DNA from: Candidatus Poribacteria bacterium
GTDB lineage: Bacteria > Poribacteria > WGA-4E > WGA-3G
Direction: 5' to 3'
Assembly (NCBI GenBank): GCA_022827885.1
Contig: JAJEIP010000072.1
Span: 16,508-80,507, forward strand
DNA: 64,000 bases
Under the pieces are notes generated by a model, which ran no database searches, had not been told where the DNA came from, and was given only the letters and a program-made list of their open reading frames with translations. Position numbers and translations under genes: made by a program. Shown one piece after another: positions 18,353 to 30,777 of the stretch (position 1 is the stretch's first letter; every line of letters starts with the position of its first letter).

Positions 18353-19705
18353 ATGCTGCTAAATAATATTGTTCTCCGCAATTTCCGCAACTATGTTGAT
18401 TGTGAGGTGAGTTTCTCCAAGCCCGTTAATCTAATTATTGGCGGCAACGCGCAAGGGAAAACGAGCCTACTCGAAGCAATCTATTTTCTCTGCACCGCAG
18501 AATCACACCGAGCAACGCGTGATGGTGAACTCATTCGGCACAACGAAGCAGGATTTTATCTCAAAGGAACACTGGGAAATAATAACGATGATGTGATGTC
18601 ACTTGAGGCAACGAAGCGCGCACGAGGGCAGTTTAAACTTAAAAAGAATGGCGTCCTTCAAGTGAAACGTTCTGAATGGATTGGGCAGTTTAATGCAGTG
18701 CTTTTCTCACCGGAGTCACTGGTATTGGTGAAAGGCGGTCCGGCAGAACGTCGAAGGTTTTTGGACCTACTCATCTCACAAATCGACAGCATCTACCTGA
18801 AAAATTTGCAAAAATATAGATTAGTTCTCAGGCAACGGAACGAACTGCTTAAACAAATTCGGACGACGTTAGCAGATACGTCACAGTTAGATGTCTGGGA
18901 CAAACTTTTAATCGCACACGGGACTGCAATCATCATAAAGCGATTTGAGATTTTTCACCAATTAAAGGCCTATGCCAGGCAAAACCACCAACAACTTACT
19001 GGTGGCAAAGAAAGCATCGCATTGACGTATTGTTCCGCATCCGTGCGGAACAATACGTCAATGCATCATAATGCACCCAATACATCGGATGAAGATACGG
19101 AAAATTTAGCAGACGGATCAGAAATTGGGTTTTTTGAAACCAAAACTGAAACCGAGATAGAAACGGATTTTGACGCAGCTTTAAATGCATCACGCGGCGC
19201 CGATTTACAGAGAGGGACAACCCTCGTCGGACCGCATCGCGATGACTTTCTTATCGAATTGGAGAACGCCTCTGCAACACACAGTACCGATTCGGAAAGC
19301 GAAAATGGCTTGGAAGTCCCAGATACTAAGGAGGTCGAGATAGACACAGAACAGTCTGAAAGTCAAAATCTACTCCCAAGATCCGAAATTGGGACATTTC
19401 GAGAGGGAGCGCGAGCTTACGGGTCCCAAGGTCAGCAACGGACGATAGCGTTAGCACTTAAACTGGCAGAATTAGAGTTAATCCGAACTGTAACGGGACA
19501 GGACCCGATCGTCCTTCTGGACGATGTCACTTCCGAATTAGATTACAAGCGAACAGAGTACTTATTAAACGTCCTCCAAAATTTGAGCGCGCAAACCTTC
19601 ATCACCGCGACCCATGCTGAGCCGCTCGTGCGTCACCTGAACCAACCCAATGTTTTAACAGTAGAGAACGCCCAGATAAACCAAGTTTCCGAAACCAATA
19701 GTTAA
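18353..19705 (+). CDS. recF: DNA replication and repair protein RecF, with a ~90-aa acidic insertion
   Basis: The N-terminus with Walker A is NIVLRNFRNY...LIIGGNAQGKTSLLEAI. The C-terminus has the ABC signature/Walker B (LLDDVTSELD). An Asp/Glu/Thr-rich insert (DEDTENLADGSEIGFFETKTETEIETD...) makes it 450 aa versus the typical ~370. Confidence 0.85.
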   Translation: MLLNNIVLRNFRNYVDCEVSFSKPVNLIIGGNAQGKTSLLEAIYFLCTAESHRATRDGELIRHNEAGFYLKGTLGNNNDDVMSLEATKRARGQFKLKKNGVLQVKRSEWIGQFNAVLFSPESLVLVKGGPAERRRFLDLLISQIDSIYLKNLQKYRLVLRQRNELLKQIRTTLADTSQLDVWDKLLIAHGTAIIIKRFEIFHQLKAYARQNHQQLTGGKESIALTYCSASVRNNTSMHHNAPNTSDEDTENLADGSEIGFFETKTETEIETDFDAALNASRGADLQRGTTLVGPHRDDFLIELENASATHSTDSESENGLEVPDTKEVEIDTEQSESQNLLPRSEIGTFREGARAYGSQGQQRTIALALKLAELELIRTVTGQDPIVLLDDVTSELDYKRTEYLLNVLQNLSAQTFITATHAEPLVRHLNQPNVLTVENAQINQVSETNS

Positions 19706-19716
19706 ATAAATAAAAA

Positions 19717-20223
19717 ATGGACAGAACCCGTAACTTACATCATCTCCTTGCCGAACTCATACGAGCCCACGGCTTTGAGCCTAAGGTGCTTGAGCAAAAA
19801 GTTTTTGCTCTCTGGCCAGAATGTCTCAGCCGGAACGAACACTTCGCGCCACTCGCTACAAACACCGTCCCCATATCGTTGTCAAACGGCATCCTGAAGA
19901 TTTACACAGAATACTCTGCTTATAAATCGAGCCTATTGCTCAATAAACCGAAGATTTTAGCCGACATAAACGCTGAATTCAAGAAACCTGTTCTCACAGA
20001 CTTCCGCGTAGAAATCAAACCCCTCTTGGTCAAACCCCAAGAAACTGAAGACCAACCCTCAAGTCCAGAAACACCAGAAGAAGATTCTACCATCGGTAAC
20101 ACACACCAAGTTACACCCGAACAGTTAGAGAAAATTGAACAAGTTCTTGCAAACGTTTCTGACACACATCTAAGAGAATCCTTGTGGCAACTATTCACTG
20201 CACAGAGCAAGGACAACCCTTGA
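19717..20223 (+). CDS. DUF721/DciA-like protein (conserved recF-gyrB interval gene)
   Basis: A small protein sits between recF and gyrB. Its N-terminal region (LLAELIRAHGFEPKVLEQKVFALWPECLS) and conserved synteny are typical of DUF721. Confidence 0.55.
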   Translation: MDRTRNLHHLLAELIRAHGFEPKVLEQKVFALWPECLSRNEHFAPLATNTVPISLSNGILKIYTEYSAYKSSLLLNKPKILADINAEFKKPVLTDFRVEIKPLLVKPQETEDQPSSPETPEEDSTIGNTHQVTPEQLEKIEQVLANVSDTHLRESLWQLFTAQSKDNP

Positions 20224-20375
20224 CAAAATTGTTGAAATAAGGTACAATTCAATTACGTTAAGTAACGTAGCACGTAAGGAGGTACACAAGGAATTTTGAA
20301 AAAAAAATAGGGGTGCTAACCCTACTAAAAATTCCCACTGCAAAGCAAACCATGCCCGTTAGGGTAATTTAATAG

Positions 20376-22904
<2,529 letters not shown>

Positions 22905-22928
22905 CAGTTATCAGTACCGAAAACTACC

Positions 22929-25475
22929 ATGGAAAACATCCAAGAACGCAACATAGAAAATGAACTGACGACATCGTATCTTACCTATGCGATGAGCGTC
23001 AACACCAATCGTGCGATCCCTGATGTGCGCGATGGCCTCAAACCGAGTACCCGTCGAATTATTTACGCGATGGGACAGATAAATCTGACTGCAAACCGAC
23101 CCTACGACAAATGTGCTGCTGTTGTTGGGGAGGTGATGAAGGATTATCATCCACACGGTGATGGTCCCATCTACGGGACTCTCGTTGGTTTAGCACAAGA
23201 GTTTAGTATCCGCTATCCGTTAATAGACCCACAGGGCAACTTCGGAAGTATTGACGACGACCCGCCGGGTGCGATGCGTTATACGGAATGCCGGCTTTCT
23301 GTTATTGCCAGTGAGATGCTCACTGACATTGAAAAGCAGGTCGTTGATTTCCAGCCCAATTATAAAGATTCTCTCGAGGAACCAACAGTCCTTCCAGGGC
23401 TTCTACCGAATTTGCTCGTCAATGGCACAACAGGTATTGGTGTTGGTTACCTTACCCGAATACCGCCGCACAACCTCACTGAGGTTGTTGACGCGCTACT
23501 TCATAAGCTCGCGGAGCCAGATGCCACTTCAGAAGTTCTCATGGAACACATCCTTGGACCCGACTTCCCTACTGCAGGTATTATTGTCGGTACCACTGGT
23601 ATCCAGCAGATGTACACGACGGGTAAAGGAAGCATCACTATCCGAGCGAAAGCGGGCATAGAAAGAATTTCGGGGCGCGGCGGAGACCGCGAGCAGATCG
23701 TCATAACCGAAATTCCGTATCAGGTAAAGAAAAATCAACTGTTACAACGGATGTATGACTTGGTTGTCAGCAAAACCATTACTGGAATCTCCGATATCCG
23801 AGACGAGTCAGACCAAGAAATTCGCATCGTTATACCTCTCAAACGCGGTGAAATTGCACAGGTTATCCTGAATCAGTTGTATAAACACACGCAGATGCAG
23901 ACAAACTTCAGTGCCAATCTTCTCTGCCTTGTGGAGGGGCTCCCGAAGGTCCTGACGCTTGAGGACATCCTCAGACACTATCTCGAGCATCGTAGGGATG
24001 TGGTTCGACGGCGGACGCAATTTGAACTCAGACGTGCTGAACGTAGAAATCACATTCTGGAAGGATACCTCCTGGCACTGCAAAATCTCGAGGCAATCAT
24101 AGAACTCGTTCAAACGGCAGACTCGCCGCAAGCAGCAGAAGCGGAACTCCGTGAAACCTATCAACTCAGTCAGCAGCAAGCGAGAGAAATTCTCACGATG
24201 ACGCTCCGGCAGCTGACGGGACTCGAACGCCAGCGAATTCACGATGAATATACAGACCTCCTTGATCATATCGCCGAATTTCGTGCGATTCTTGCCGACG
24301 AAACTTTGGTAACCGATATTATCCGAACAGAACTCGAAACTCTAAAAGAAAAATATGGAGATGAGCGCCGGACCGAACTTACGGGTGAAGTCAAGGAATT
24401 TGAAGTCGAAGATCTCATTGCTGACGAAGAGATGGTTGTTACACTATCTCATGCGGGTTACATTAAGCGGTTACCGATGGACACCTATCGGAAGCAGCAT
24501 CGCGGTGGCGTTGGGGTTAGGGGCGCTACACGAAAAGATGGCGATTTTTTGGAACACATCTTTGTCGCCACTGCCCATCAGAATATTCTGTTCTTCACAG
24601 ATTTGGGCAAATGTTATACACTAAAAGTCCATCAAATTCCTGAATCCAGTCGCCAATCAGCTGGGCGTGCAGTCGTCAACCTCCTTCGTTTATCAAAAGG
24701 TGAGAATATTACAGCCTATGTGACGGTCCCCCAAAAAACCTCAAATCGTAAGGGTGAGGTTGCCTCGTCCGTACAGGGGGCGGATGCCGGCGAGGTCGCA
24801 GTGGATGAAATTGGCGCGGACGCATTTGTTTTCATGGCAACGCAACGGGGTATTGTCAAAAAGACAGAACTTTCCAGTTTTGAGAATACGCTGTCAAGCG
24901 GCATTATCGCTGTCAATCTTGACGATGGCGATAAACTGATCGGTGCACAAGTAACCGATGGCAATGCCGATGTTATCCTTGTCACCCACAAAGGTGTTGC
25001 TATTCGTTTTAGTGAAAAAGATGCGAGACCTCTTGGACGCAACACGCGAGGCGTACGCGGTATAGAACTCGGCAACGAAGATTTCGTCGCACAAATGGTT
25101 ATTGTTCAGAGTGAGGCATCAGAAATGGAAGAGAAACCAGCTGCCTCGAAAAAAGACGATACTTTGTTAATTGTTACAGAAAATGGGTACGGTAAACGAA
25201 CAGCAGTCTCTGCCTATCGTTCTCAGAAACGCGGTGGAAAAGGCATTATCGCTATCGGGAAATCTACCCGAAATGGTGCGGTTGTCGCTGCAAAACGCGT
25301 CGCAAACGCTGATGAACTTGTTCTCATCAGTTCAAACGGGTATGTCACCCGGACGGCGGTCGGTGCCATTCGACGTATCGGACGTAACACCCAAGGCGTG
25401 CGAATCATGGCACTCCAAGCGGACGAAAAGCTTGTTGATGCAGCCAAGATCGAACTCTCATCCTCCCTGCTATAG
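22929..25475 (+). CDS. gyrA: DNA gyrase subunit A
   Basis: It has the motifs YAMSVNTNRAIPDVRDGLKPSTRRIIYAM and the QRDR-like HPHGDGPIYGTLV. A C-terminal beta-pinwheel repeat domain is present. Confidence 0.95.
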   Translation: MENIQERNIENELTTSYLTYAMSVNTNRAIPDVRDGLKPSTRRIIYAMGQINLTANRPYDKCAAVVGEVMKDYHPHGDGPIYGTLVGLAQEFSIRYPLIDPQGNFGSIDDDPPGAMRYTECRLSVIASEMLTDIEKQVVDFQPNYKDSLEEPTVLPGLLPNLLVNGTTGIGVGYLTRIPPHNLTEVVDALLHKLAEPDATSEVLMEHILGPDFPTAGIIVGTTGIQQMYTTGKGSITIRAKAGIERISGRGGDREQIVITEIPYQVKKNQLLQRMYDLVVSKTITGISDIRDESDQEIRIVIPLKRGEIAQVILNQLYKHTQMQTNFSANLLCLVEGLPKVLTLEDILRHYLEHRRDVVRRRTQFELRRAERRNHILEGYLLALQNLEAIIELVQTADSPQAAEAELRETYQLSQQQAREILTMTLRQLTGLERQRIHDEYTDLLDHIAEFRAILADETLVTDIIRTELETLKEKYGDERRTELTGEVKEFEVEDLIADEEMVVTLSHAGYIKRLPMDTYRKQHRGGVGVRGATRKDGDFLEHIFVATAHQNILFFTDLGKCYTLKVHQIPESSRQSAGRAVVNLLRLSKGENITAYVTVPQKTSNRKGEVASSVQGADAGEVAVDEIGADAFVFMATQRGIVKKTELSSFENTLSSGIIAVNLDDGDKLIGAQVTDGNADVILVTHKGVAIRFSEKDARPLGRNTRGVRGIELGNEDFVAQMVIVQSEASEMEEKPAASKKDDTLLIVTENGYGKRTAVSAYRSQKRGGKGIIAIGKSTRNGAVVAAKRVANADELVLISSNGYVTRTAVGAIRRIGRNTQGVRIMALQADEKLVDAAKIELSSSLL

Positions 25476-25548
25476 ACATATCACGCCTCTGGCGTGCGGA
25501 TTGTCAAGTGAGAAGCTACAAGGAAACATTTTACCAGAGGAATAAACG

Positions 25549-27309
25549 ATGAAACATTTTACCTGTCAGCAAGGAAGTCCTTTGCTCCAGCAGAGCAATA
25601 TGTTTACGGGACTCTCAATCCTTGTTTTAATCACCGTATGTCTCTCTTTGGGCTCCAATCTGCAAGCGCAGACGGAGAGTGAAACGCCTGAATTGGTGGT
25701 ACTGCCTGATGCGAATACAGGATTAAATTCGGACATGACCCGCGTCGCAAAACTCTATACCAATCTAATGTGGGCGGCATACTGCAGAACGGGCGAGCGC
25801 AGCATCCCGAAAAGTAAAGCTCTCTACGATGCCCTGATTGAGGAAATTGATGACTCCGCTACGATCCTCGAAAATGGACTTTTATCTCCAAGTGAGGTGA
25901 GTTTTATTTATGCCGAGCGTGCATCACTTCGGTATCCTAAATTGCAGGATATTAAAGGGGCAGAGGAAGATGCGAGAACAGCCATTAAATTTAATCCTGA
26001 AAATGTAAAAGCAACATGGGTTCTTGCCCAAATAGTAACCGAACGATTCATTTATTATATGGAACGGAACAGAAATAGTAAAATACCTAATATTCTAAAG
26101 AAGGAAATGTTTGACACGCTAAAACGCTTGGTCGCGTTGGATCCCGACCATGATAGGGCTTACTTCTACCTTGGTAGTATGGCGCGTGATCTCGGCGATA
26201 CTGAACTTGCTATTACGTCCTTCAAGGCACTCACACGCATTATTCCTTATGATGACCGATATTATCGGGAACTTGCCGAACTCTATAAAACTCAAAATCG
26301 GCTTGATGAGGCTTTACAGTCCTACGAAAGAGTCGTCACCATTCGACCCGAGCAGAAAAGTGCCCGAAATCATCTTGGGCAGCTCTACCTTCAAACTGGT
26401 GACTACCCCGCAGCGATAAAGACTTTCCTCTCTGTCTTGTCACCGCTTGAAGGACAGTCGGAGACGAATGCCGCAAGAGAACGCACTGCGCGTAATGCCA
26501 GTGAAGTTGAAATTGAAGCACATCAGGGCATCAGTCTCGCATATCAGGCGGAAAATAATTTTGAGCGCTCCGAATTTCATATTACGCGCATGATTACTTT
26601 GTTAGAGGAACGAGCAAAACGGACTCGCAACGGCTTTCGGACCAGAAGTAGCGAACGCATTGAATTGGCGAACCGTATCCAAGAAGCACGCTATACCCTC
26701 GGACAAATTTACCTCAAATTCAATGTGCCCCGGAAAGCCGTCCAAACTTTCACGAAAATTCTATCTGTCAATGATAAATATGTCCCCGCGCTTTCCGGTA
26801 TAGGCATAGCGTATCAAATGCAAGACGATATGAAACGCGCGGAAATTTATCTCCGTCGGGCAATTGATTTATCTACTGAAGCAGAATTGCCGGATGCCTA
26901 TAACGCATTAGGATACCTCTATGCAGAGCAAGGTATTAACTTGGATGAAGCCGCAGCTTTGGTCCGCCGTGCACTCAAAAGTGTGCCGAAATCTGGAGCA
27001 TATCTTGATAGTTTAGGACTCATCTACTTTAAACAGGGAAAGCTTGATGCCGCTATAGAAAATTTGGAGCAAGCTCTCCACTATCTGCCCGATACACCTG
27101 AAATTCTCTTGCATCTCGCTGACGCTTATCTTGGGAAGGGCTTGAAACAAAAAGCATTGCGAACTTTGGAGCAAGCCGTCCTTCTTGAACCAAACAATGC
27201 TGAACTACTCCAGAAACTTGAAAGAAGCCGCCAACAATCAGTAGTCAGCGGTCAGGAGAATGGTCTCCATCAGCCAACAGTCGATAGCAATGTCCCGGAA
27301 AGCCGATAG
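25549..27309 (+). CDS. Secreted tetratricopeptide (TPR) repeat protein
   Basis: There is a signal peptide from the internal Met (MFTGLSILVLITVCLSLGSNLQAQ). Multiple 34-aa TPR-like units follow (AYNALGYLYAEQG..., YLDSLGLIYFKQGKLDAAIENLEQAL...). Confidence 0.7.
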   Translation: MKHFTCQQGSPLLQQSNMFTGLSILVLITVCLSLGSNLQAQTESETPELVVLPDANTGLNSDMTRVAKLYTNLMWAAYCRTGERSIPKSKALYDALIEEIDDSATILENGLLSPSEVSFIYAERASLRYPKLQDIKGAEEDARTAIKFNPENVKATWVLAQIVTERFIYYMERNRNSKIPNILKKEMFDTLKRLVALDPDHDRAYFYLGSMARDLGDTELAITSFKALTRIIPYDDRYYRELAELYKTQNRLDEALQSYERVVTIRPEQKSARNHLGQLYLQTGDYPAAIKTFLSVLSPLEGQSETNAARERTARNASEVEIEAHQGISLAYQAENNFERSEFHITRMITLLEERAKRTRNGFRTRSSERIELANRIQEARYTLGQIYLKFNVPRKAVQTFTKILSVNDKYVPALSGIGIAYQMQDDMKRAEIYLRRAIDLSTEAELPDAYNALGYLYAEQGINLDEAAALVRRALKSVPKSGAYLDSLGLIYFKQGKLDAAIENLEQALHYLPDTPEILLHLADAYLGKGLKQKALRTLEQAVLLEPNNAELLQKLERSRQQSVVSGQENGLHQPTVDSNVPESR

Positions 27310-27346
27310 TTATTCTTGTTATTAGATAAACTGAGCCACGTTAACG

Positions 27347-29221
27347 ATGGACTGGGTGGACAAGATGCACATCTCGACAATTCGGGGTGCTTTTAGCACA
27401 CAACAAAATAGAAGATGGTTGAGATTCAGAGGTTTGATTGTTGGGGCGGAAGCACCCAAGCAAAAACATTTCATTAGAACCTCACATCCACATTCGTTCT
27501 TTGCTAATGGTATGTTCGCGCGGGGTTTGCTTATAGCATTATTGCTTTTGGGGTATCTCTATGTAGGAGGGGTTAACGCCGATTCATATCTTTGTGGGAC
27601 ACCGCATCTATCAAATCCAAAGCATGTAATTGATGCTACAAACGCTCCACAACGGGTCCTTGGGCCCGGAAATCGGACTGCTCCTGCATTGCCTGTTGCT
27701 CCTGCGTTGCCAATTGGCACAGAGCGCACCTTCTTCGCCCCTGATTTTAGAAGCATGCAACAGTACACCGTCTCCGCTGTTCTTCGGGGTGTAGGTAGTT
27801 TCTGCTATGTTTTTGTTGAGGAAGCTGAGTGGAACAAACGAGTTACCGCCGGAACCGTTCAGGCAATGATCCGAGCGTTTGATACCGTCACACCCGCGAA
27901 TCCACAGCAAGGCATTTATCCGACGTTGACGAAGTTCTTCGGAGCCCCACCGGATATTGATGGAAACGGCAGGATTATCTTACTTCTCCTTAATATTCAG
28001 GATGCACACGGCGCGAACCGTTACACGGCGGGCTTTTTCAATCCTGCCGACCAGCAACGGGGTTTACTTCGAAACCCTGGATTTCGTGGGTTCCCAATTC
28101 GCAGTAACGAAGCAGAAATGCTATACATTGATACGCAACCTCTGAATCCGAACAGCGAAAGAGCACACAATGTTATTGCACATGAATTTCAACATCTTCT
28201 CAATTGGCGTCATGATGCCAGAGAAGTCACTTGGGTAGATGAAGGATGTGCAGTGTATGCCTCATTTCTCTGCGGTTATTCTGTACAGGAACATGTAGCA
28301 GCATTTGAAAAAATGCCATCTATCTCGCTTGTGACGTGGCCCGAGGGAAACGCAAACTCGCTTCCACACTACGGTGCAGCCTTCTTATGGATGCTCTATC
28401 TGCATGAGCAATACGGCGGGATAGAAACACTCATTGAAATTGTCCAAAATCGCGGCACATCGCTTACCGGTATCTCAGATGCCCTTGCATCTCGAGGTAT
28501 CATCAAAGCAATTCCTGACATTTTCATCGAATGGAAATTGGCTAACTATTTATCTGAGTATCGTGCTATTGGACTTTCCCTCACGCCTCGGCGTTGGTAT
28601 AATTCCTATCCAAGCGGCACGCAGCAGGGGCAGTTGAGCAACTTTTCGGCGGAATATATCGGCTTTAGAAATGCCGAAGGATTGACACTCGGATTCTCAA
28701 GCAGTTCTCCAGCGAGTAATGCTGTCCATGCCATTGAATTTCATAACACGGGTGCCGTCGATATCAACGAAATAAAATTGTCGGCGGGTAATGCGGGTTC
28801 CCTTGTGTTGTCGAATACCGCCGCAGAGGTCATTCTTGTTCCCAGTTTACAAATGGAAGCGATCAACCTCCATGGGCAAAGTTCGACATATCAATATAGT
28901 GCAACTCGCGGCGCGCATATTACCTTTACTACTACTGCGCTTCCGAATCCGGTGCATCCGCGCTACTGGGACATCATCGCTGAATCTACGGAGCCCCTCG
29001 TCGGATTGACCCCCACTGTAACGCTAATGCTCTCTGACCGTAAAACAGAACGACCGTATCGGGAAGCACAAGCGATGTATCTCATAACACAAGATATGCG
29101 GGATAACCCCTTGTACCGATTCTCGTTCCTTCTTGGACCAGAAATAGAACCGAAGTCTGTGATATATCAAGTTTCCCTTGATTCGAGACCCGTTAGTAAG
29201 GGAACCTTAACCGACTTTTGA
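27347..29221 (+). CDS. Secreted HExxH zinc metallopeptidase-like protein
   Basis: The HEFQHLL motif has a downstream Glu (VDEGCAVYA). A signal-anchor (MFARGLLIALLLLGYLYVGG) begins at the internal ATG at 27512, which may be the real start. Family assignment cannot be made without a database. Confidence 0.5.
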   Translation: MDWVDKMHISTIRGAFSTQQNRRWLRFRGLIVGAEAPKQKHFIRTSHPHSFFANGMFARGLLIALLLLGYLYVGGVNADSYLCGTPHLSNPKHVIDATNAPQRVLGPGNRTAPALPVAPALPIGTERTFFAPDFRSMQQYTVSAVLRGVGSFCYVFVEEAEWNKRVTAGTVQAMIRAFDTVTPANPQQGIYPTLTKFFGAPPDIDGNGRIILLLLNIQDAHGANRYTAGFFNPADQQRGLLRNPGFRGFPIRSNEAEMLYIDTQPLNPNSERAHNVIAHEFQHLLNWRHDAREVTWVDEGCAVYASFLCGYSVQEHVAAFEKMPSISLVTWPEGNANSLPHYGAAFLWMLYLHEQYGGIETLIEIVQNRGTSLTGISDALASRGIIKAIPDIFIEWKLANYLSEYRAIGLSLTPRRWYNSYPSGTQQGQLSNFSAEYIGFRNAEGLTLGFSSSSPASNAVHAIEFHNTGAVDINEIKLSAGNAGSLVLSNTAAEVILVPSLQMEAINLHGQSSTYQYSATRGAHITFTTTALPNPVHPRYWDIIAESTEPLVGLTPTVTLMLSDRKTERPYREAQAMYLITQDMRDNPLYRFSFLLGPEIEPKSVIYQVSLDSRPVSKGTLTDF

Positions 29222-29269
29222 TTATATCTTGCGGGGAAAGTGCATTACGACCTTTACGTGTATTCTTTA

Positions 29270-29460
29270 AATTCGCCTGCGTGTATTTGCTCGGGTGTTT
29301 CTGCGTATTTTTGCGTATTGTTGCAGGCGATCGTTTTTGATGTACAGATATATAACTCAGTCACACACTGTAACGGTTGGGTAACCCAACCCCTACGAAC
29401 CTGCCCGAAATGAAATTATGCCTTAAATGGCATAATTTGCCTTTGCTTTACATTTAGAGG
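29270..29460. repeat. Mosaic of dispersed repeat modules in one intergenic region
   Basis: CGCCTGCG...TGCGTATTGTTGCAGGCG matches 54757-54776. The GGTTGGGTAACCCAACC palindrome matches 2415-2433. The ATTATGCC-N6-GGCATAAT hairpin plus AAATGTAAAGCAAAG is the reverse complement of 15780-15830. Confidence 0.6.
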
Positions 29461-29486
29461 GCAGCCCAGGAGGCCATAGTTAAAAA

Positions 29487-30449
29487 ATGCAACCTACACT
29501 CTATGCTGGAACCATTGGACAAAGTGTCTGGCGCAGTACTGACAACGGAGACACATGGCGCAGGGCGAGTAATGCGCTTTTTCCAGAAGCCGACGTTCGC
29601 GCCATAGCAGTTAATCCAAGCAACTCAGACGTTCTCTATGCCGGGACCGAAAAAGGTATCTTCCGATCAAACGATGCCGCCGAATCATGGCATCGTCTCT
29701 CAAGTCCTATGGATGAATTGGAAGTTTGGGCGATCGCTATTGATCGAGGGACGCCGGACACACTCTACGCGGGTACGTGTCCTTCCGCGCTTTTCAAATC
29801 CACTGACGGTGGTGATAACTGGAAACAACTCAACGCTGATCTCGCACAAGAATGCGAAGGGGTCCCGATTATTCCGCGTGTCACGACCTTTGTGATTGAT
29901 CCCGAAGATTCGCAAACGCTCTATGCTGGAATTGAGATTGATGGCATGCGCCTTAGTACAGACGGTGGCGACACGTGGGTTGAACGTAGTGAGGGGCTCA
30001 GTAGCCTCGATATCCACGGACTCTGCGTGGTTCCGGGTTCACCCAAAACGATCATCGCTGCGACAAACAATGATGTTTGCGTAACGACAGACATGGGGCA
30101 ACAGTGGACACCACTAAACGTCAAGGCACACTATCCATGGCCCTATTGCCGCGCAGCATTTTTCCTCAACGGCGATGCCGGTCAGGTCTTTATCGGTGCT
30201 GGGAACGGTCCTCCCGGTGATCAAGGCGGGATCTTCTCGACGCGTGATGCTGGAAAGACGTGGAACCGAGCGGACATCGGTAGAACAGCAAATAGCACAA
30301 TCTGGTGTTTTGCTCATAATCCGCAGTTTGATGACCTTCTTATCGCTTGCAGCGTGAGTGGACAACTCTACCGTAGTACAGATTCGGGTAATTCGTGGAC
30401 CAAGCTTGATCACGAATTTGGCGAAGTTCGAGCATTGGCTATCGGTTAA
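29487..30449 (+). CDS. BNR/Asp-box repeat beta-propeller protein (Ycf48/sialidase-like fold)
   Basis: Six S-x-D-x-G-x-T-W repeats are present (STDNGDTW, SNDAAESW, STDGGDNW, STDGGDTW, TRDAGKTW, STDSGNSW). There is no signal peptide. Confidence 0.7.
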   Translation: MQPTLYAGTIGQSVWRSTDNGDTWRRASNALFPEADVRAIAVNPSNSDVLYAGTEKGIFRSNDAAESWHRLSSPMDELEVWAIAIDRGTPDTLYAGTCPSALFKSTDGGDNWKQLNADLAQECEGVPIIPRVTTFVIDPEDSQTLYAGIEIDGMRLSTDGGDTWVERSEGLSSLDIHGLCVVPGSPKTIIAATNNDVCVTTDMGQQWTPLNVKAHYPWPYCRAAFFLNGDAGQVFIGAGNGPPGDQGGIFSTRDAGKTWNRADIGRTANSTIWCFAHNPQFDDLLIACSVSGQLYRSTDSGNSWTKLDHEFGEVRALAIG

Positions 30450-30453
30450 AGAC

Positions 30454-30483
30454 TTGACTTATTTCTGTAATTTATGGTATGCT
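30454..30483 (+). promoter_or_regulatory. Sigma70-like promoter TTGACT-N18-TGGTATGCT (extended -10)
   Basis: It has strong consensus hexamers. It is followed by a ~280-nt structured untranslated region before the lipoprotein gene. Confidence 0.4.
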
Positions 30484-30777
30484 GTTGGTAAAATGTAGGG
30501 CACAAGCGAATTGTGCTTTGATCGCACAGTTCGGTTTCCAATATATGGGCGCGATCGCTGAATCGCGCCCATGGTGAAACGGGTTTACCCATCTGATCGT
30601 CGGGAAACCGAAACCCTTCGCGCCCAAGACATCGAACATGCCGACGAGATTTTTAAGTGGACGCAAGCGCATCAGAAATCTCGCGAGTTATAGATTGGGA
30701 TGGGAGACAGAATTTCTGACCCAGTCTACAAAAATTTGGCTTTCAAGTTACGCCCAAAATATAGGAGGCATACTTCA

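Noticed and set aside
30540-30640. Possible TPP riboswitch (ACCCATCTGATCGTCGGG resembles the ACCC...CTGATC core)
   Set aside because: The CUGAGA element and the P4 UAAUACC...GCG...AGGGA motif are absent. It is kept only as a generic structured-leader candidate.
30570-30692. 40-aa ORF MVKRVYPSDRRETETLRAQDIEHADEIFKWTQAHQKSREL inside the structured leader
   Set aside because: It has no SD, lies within predicted hairpins and has no support. It is more likely non-coding.
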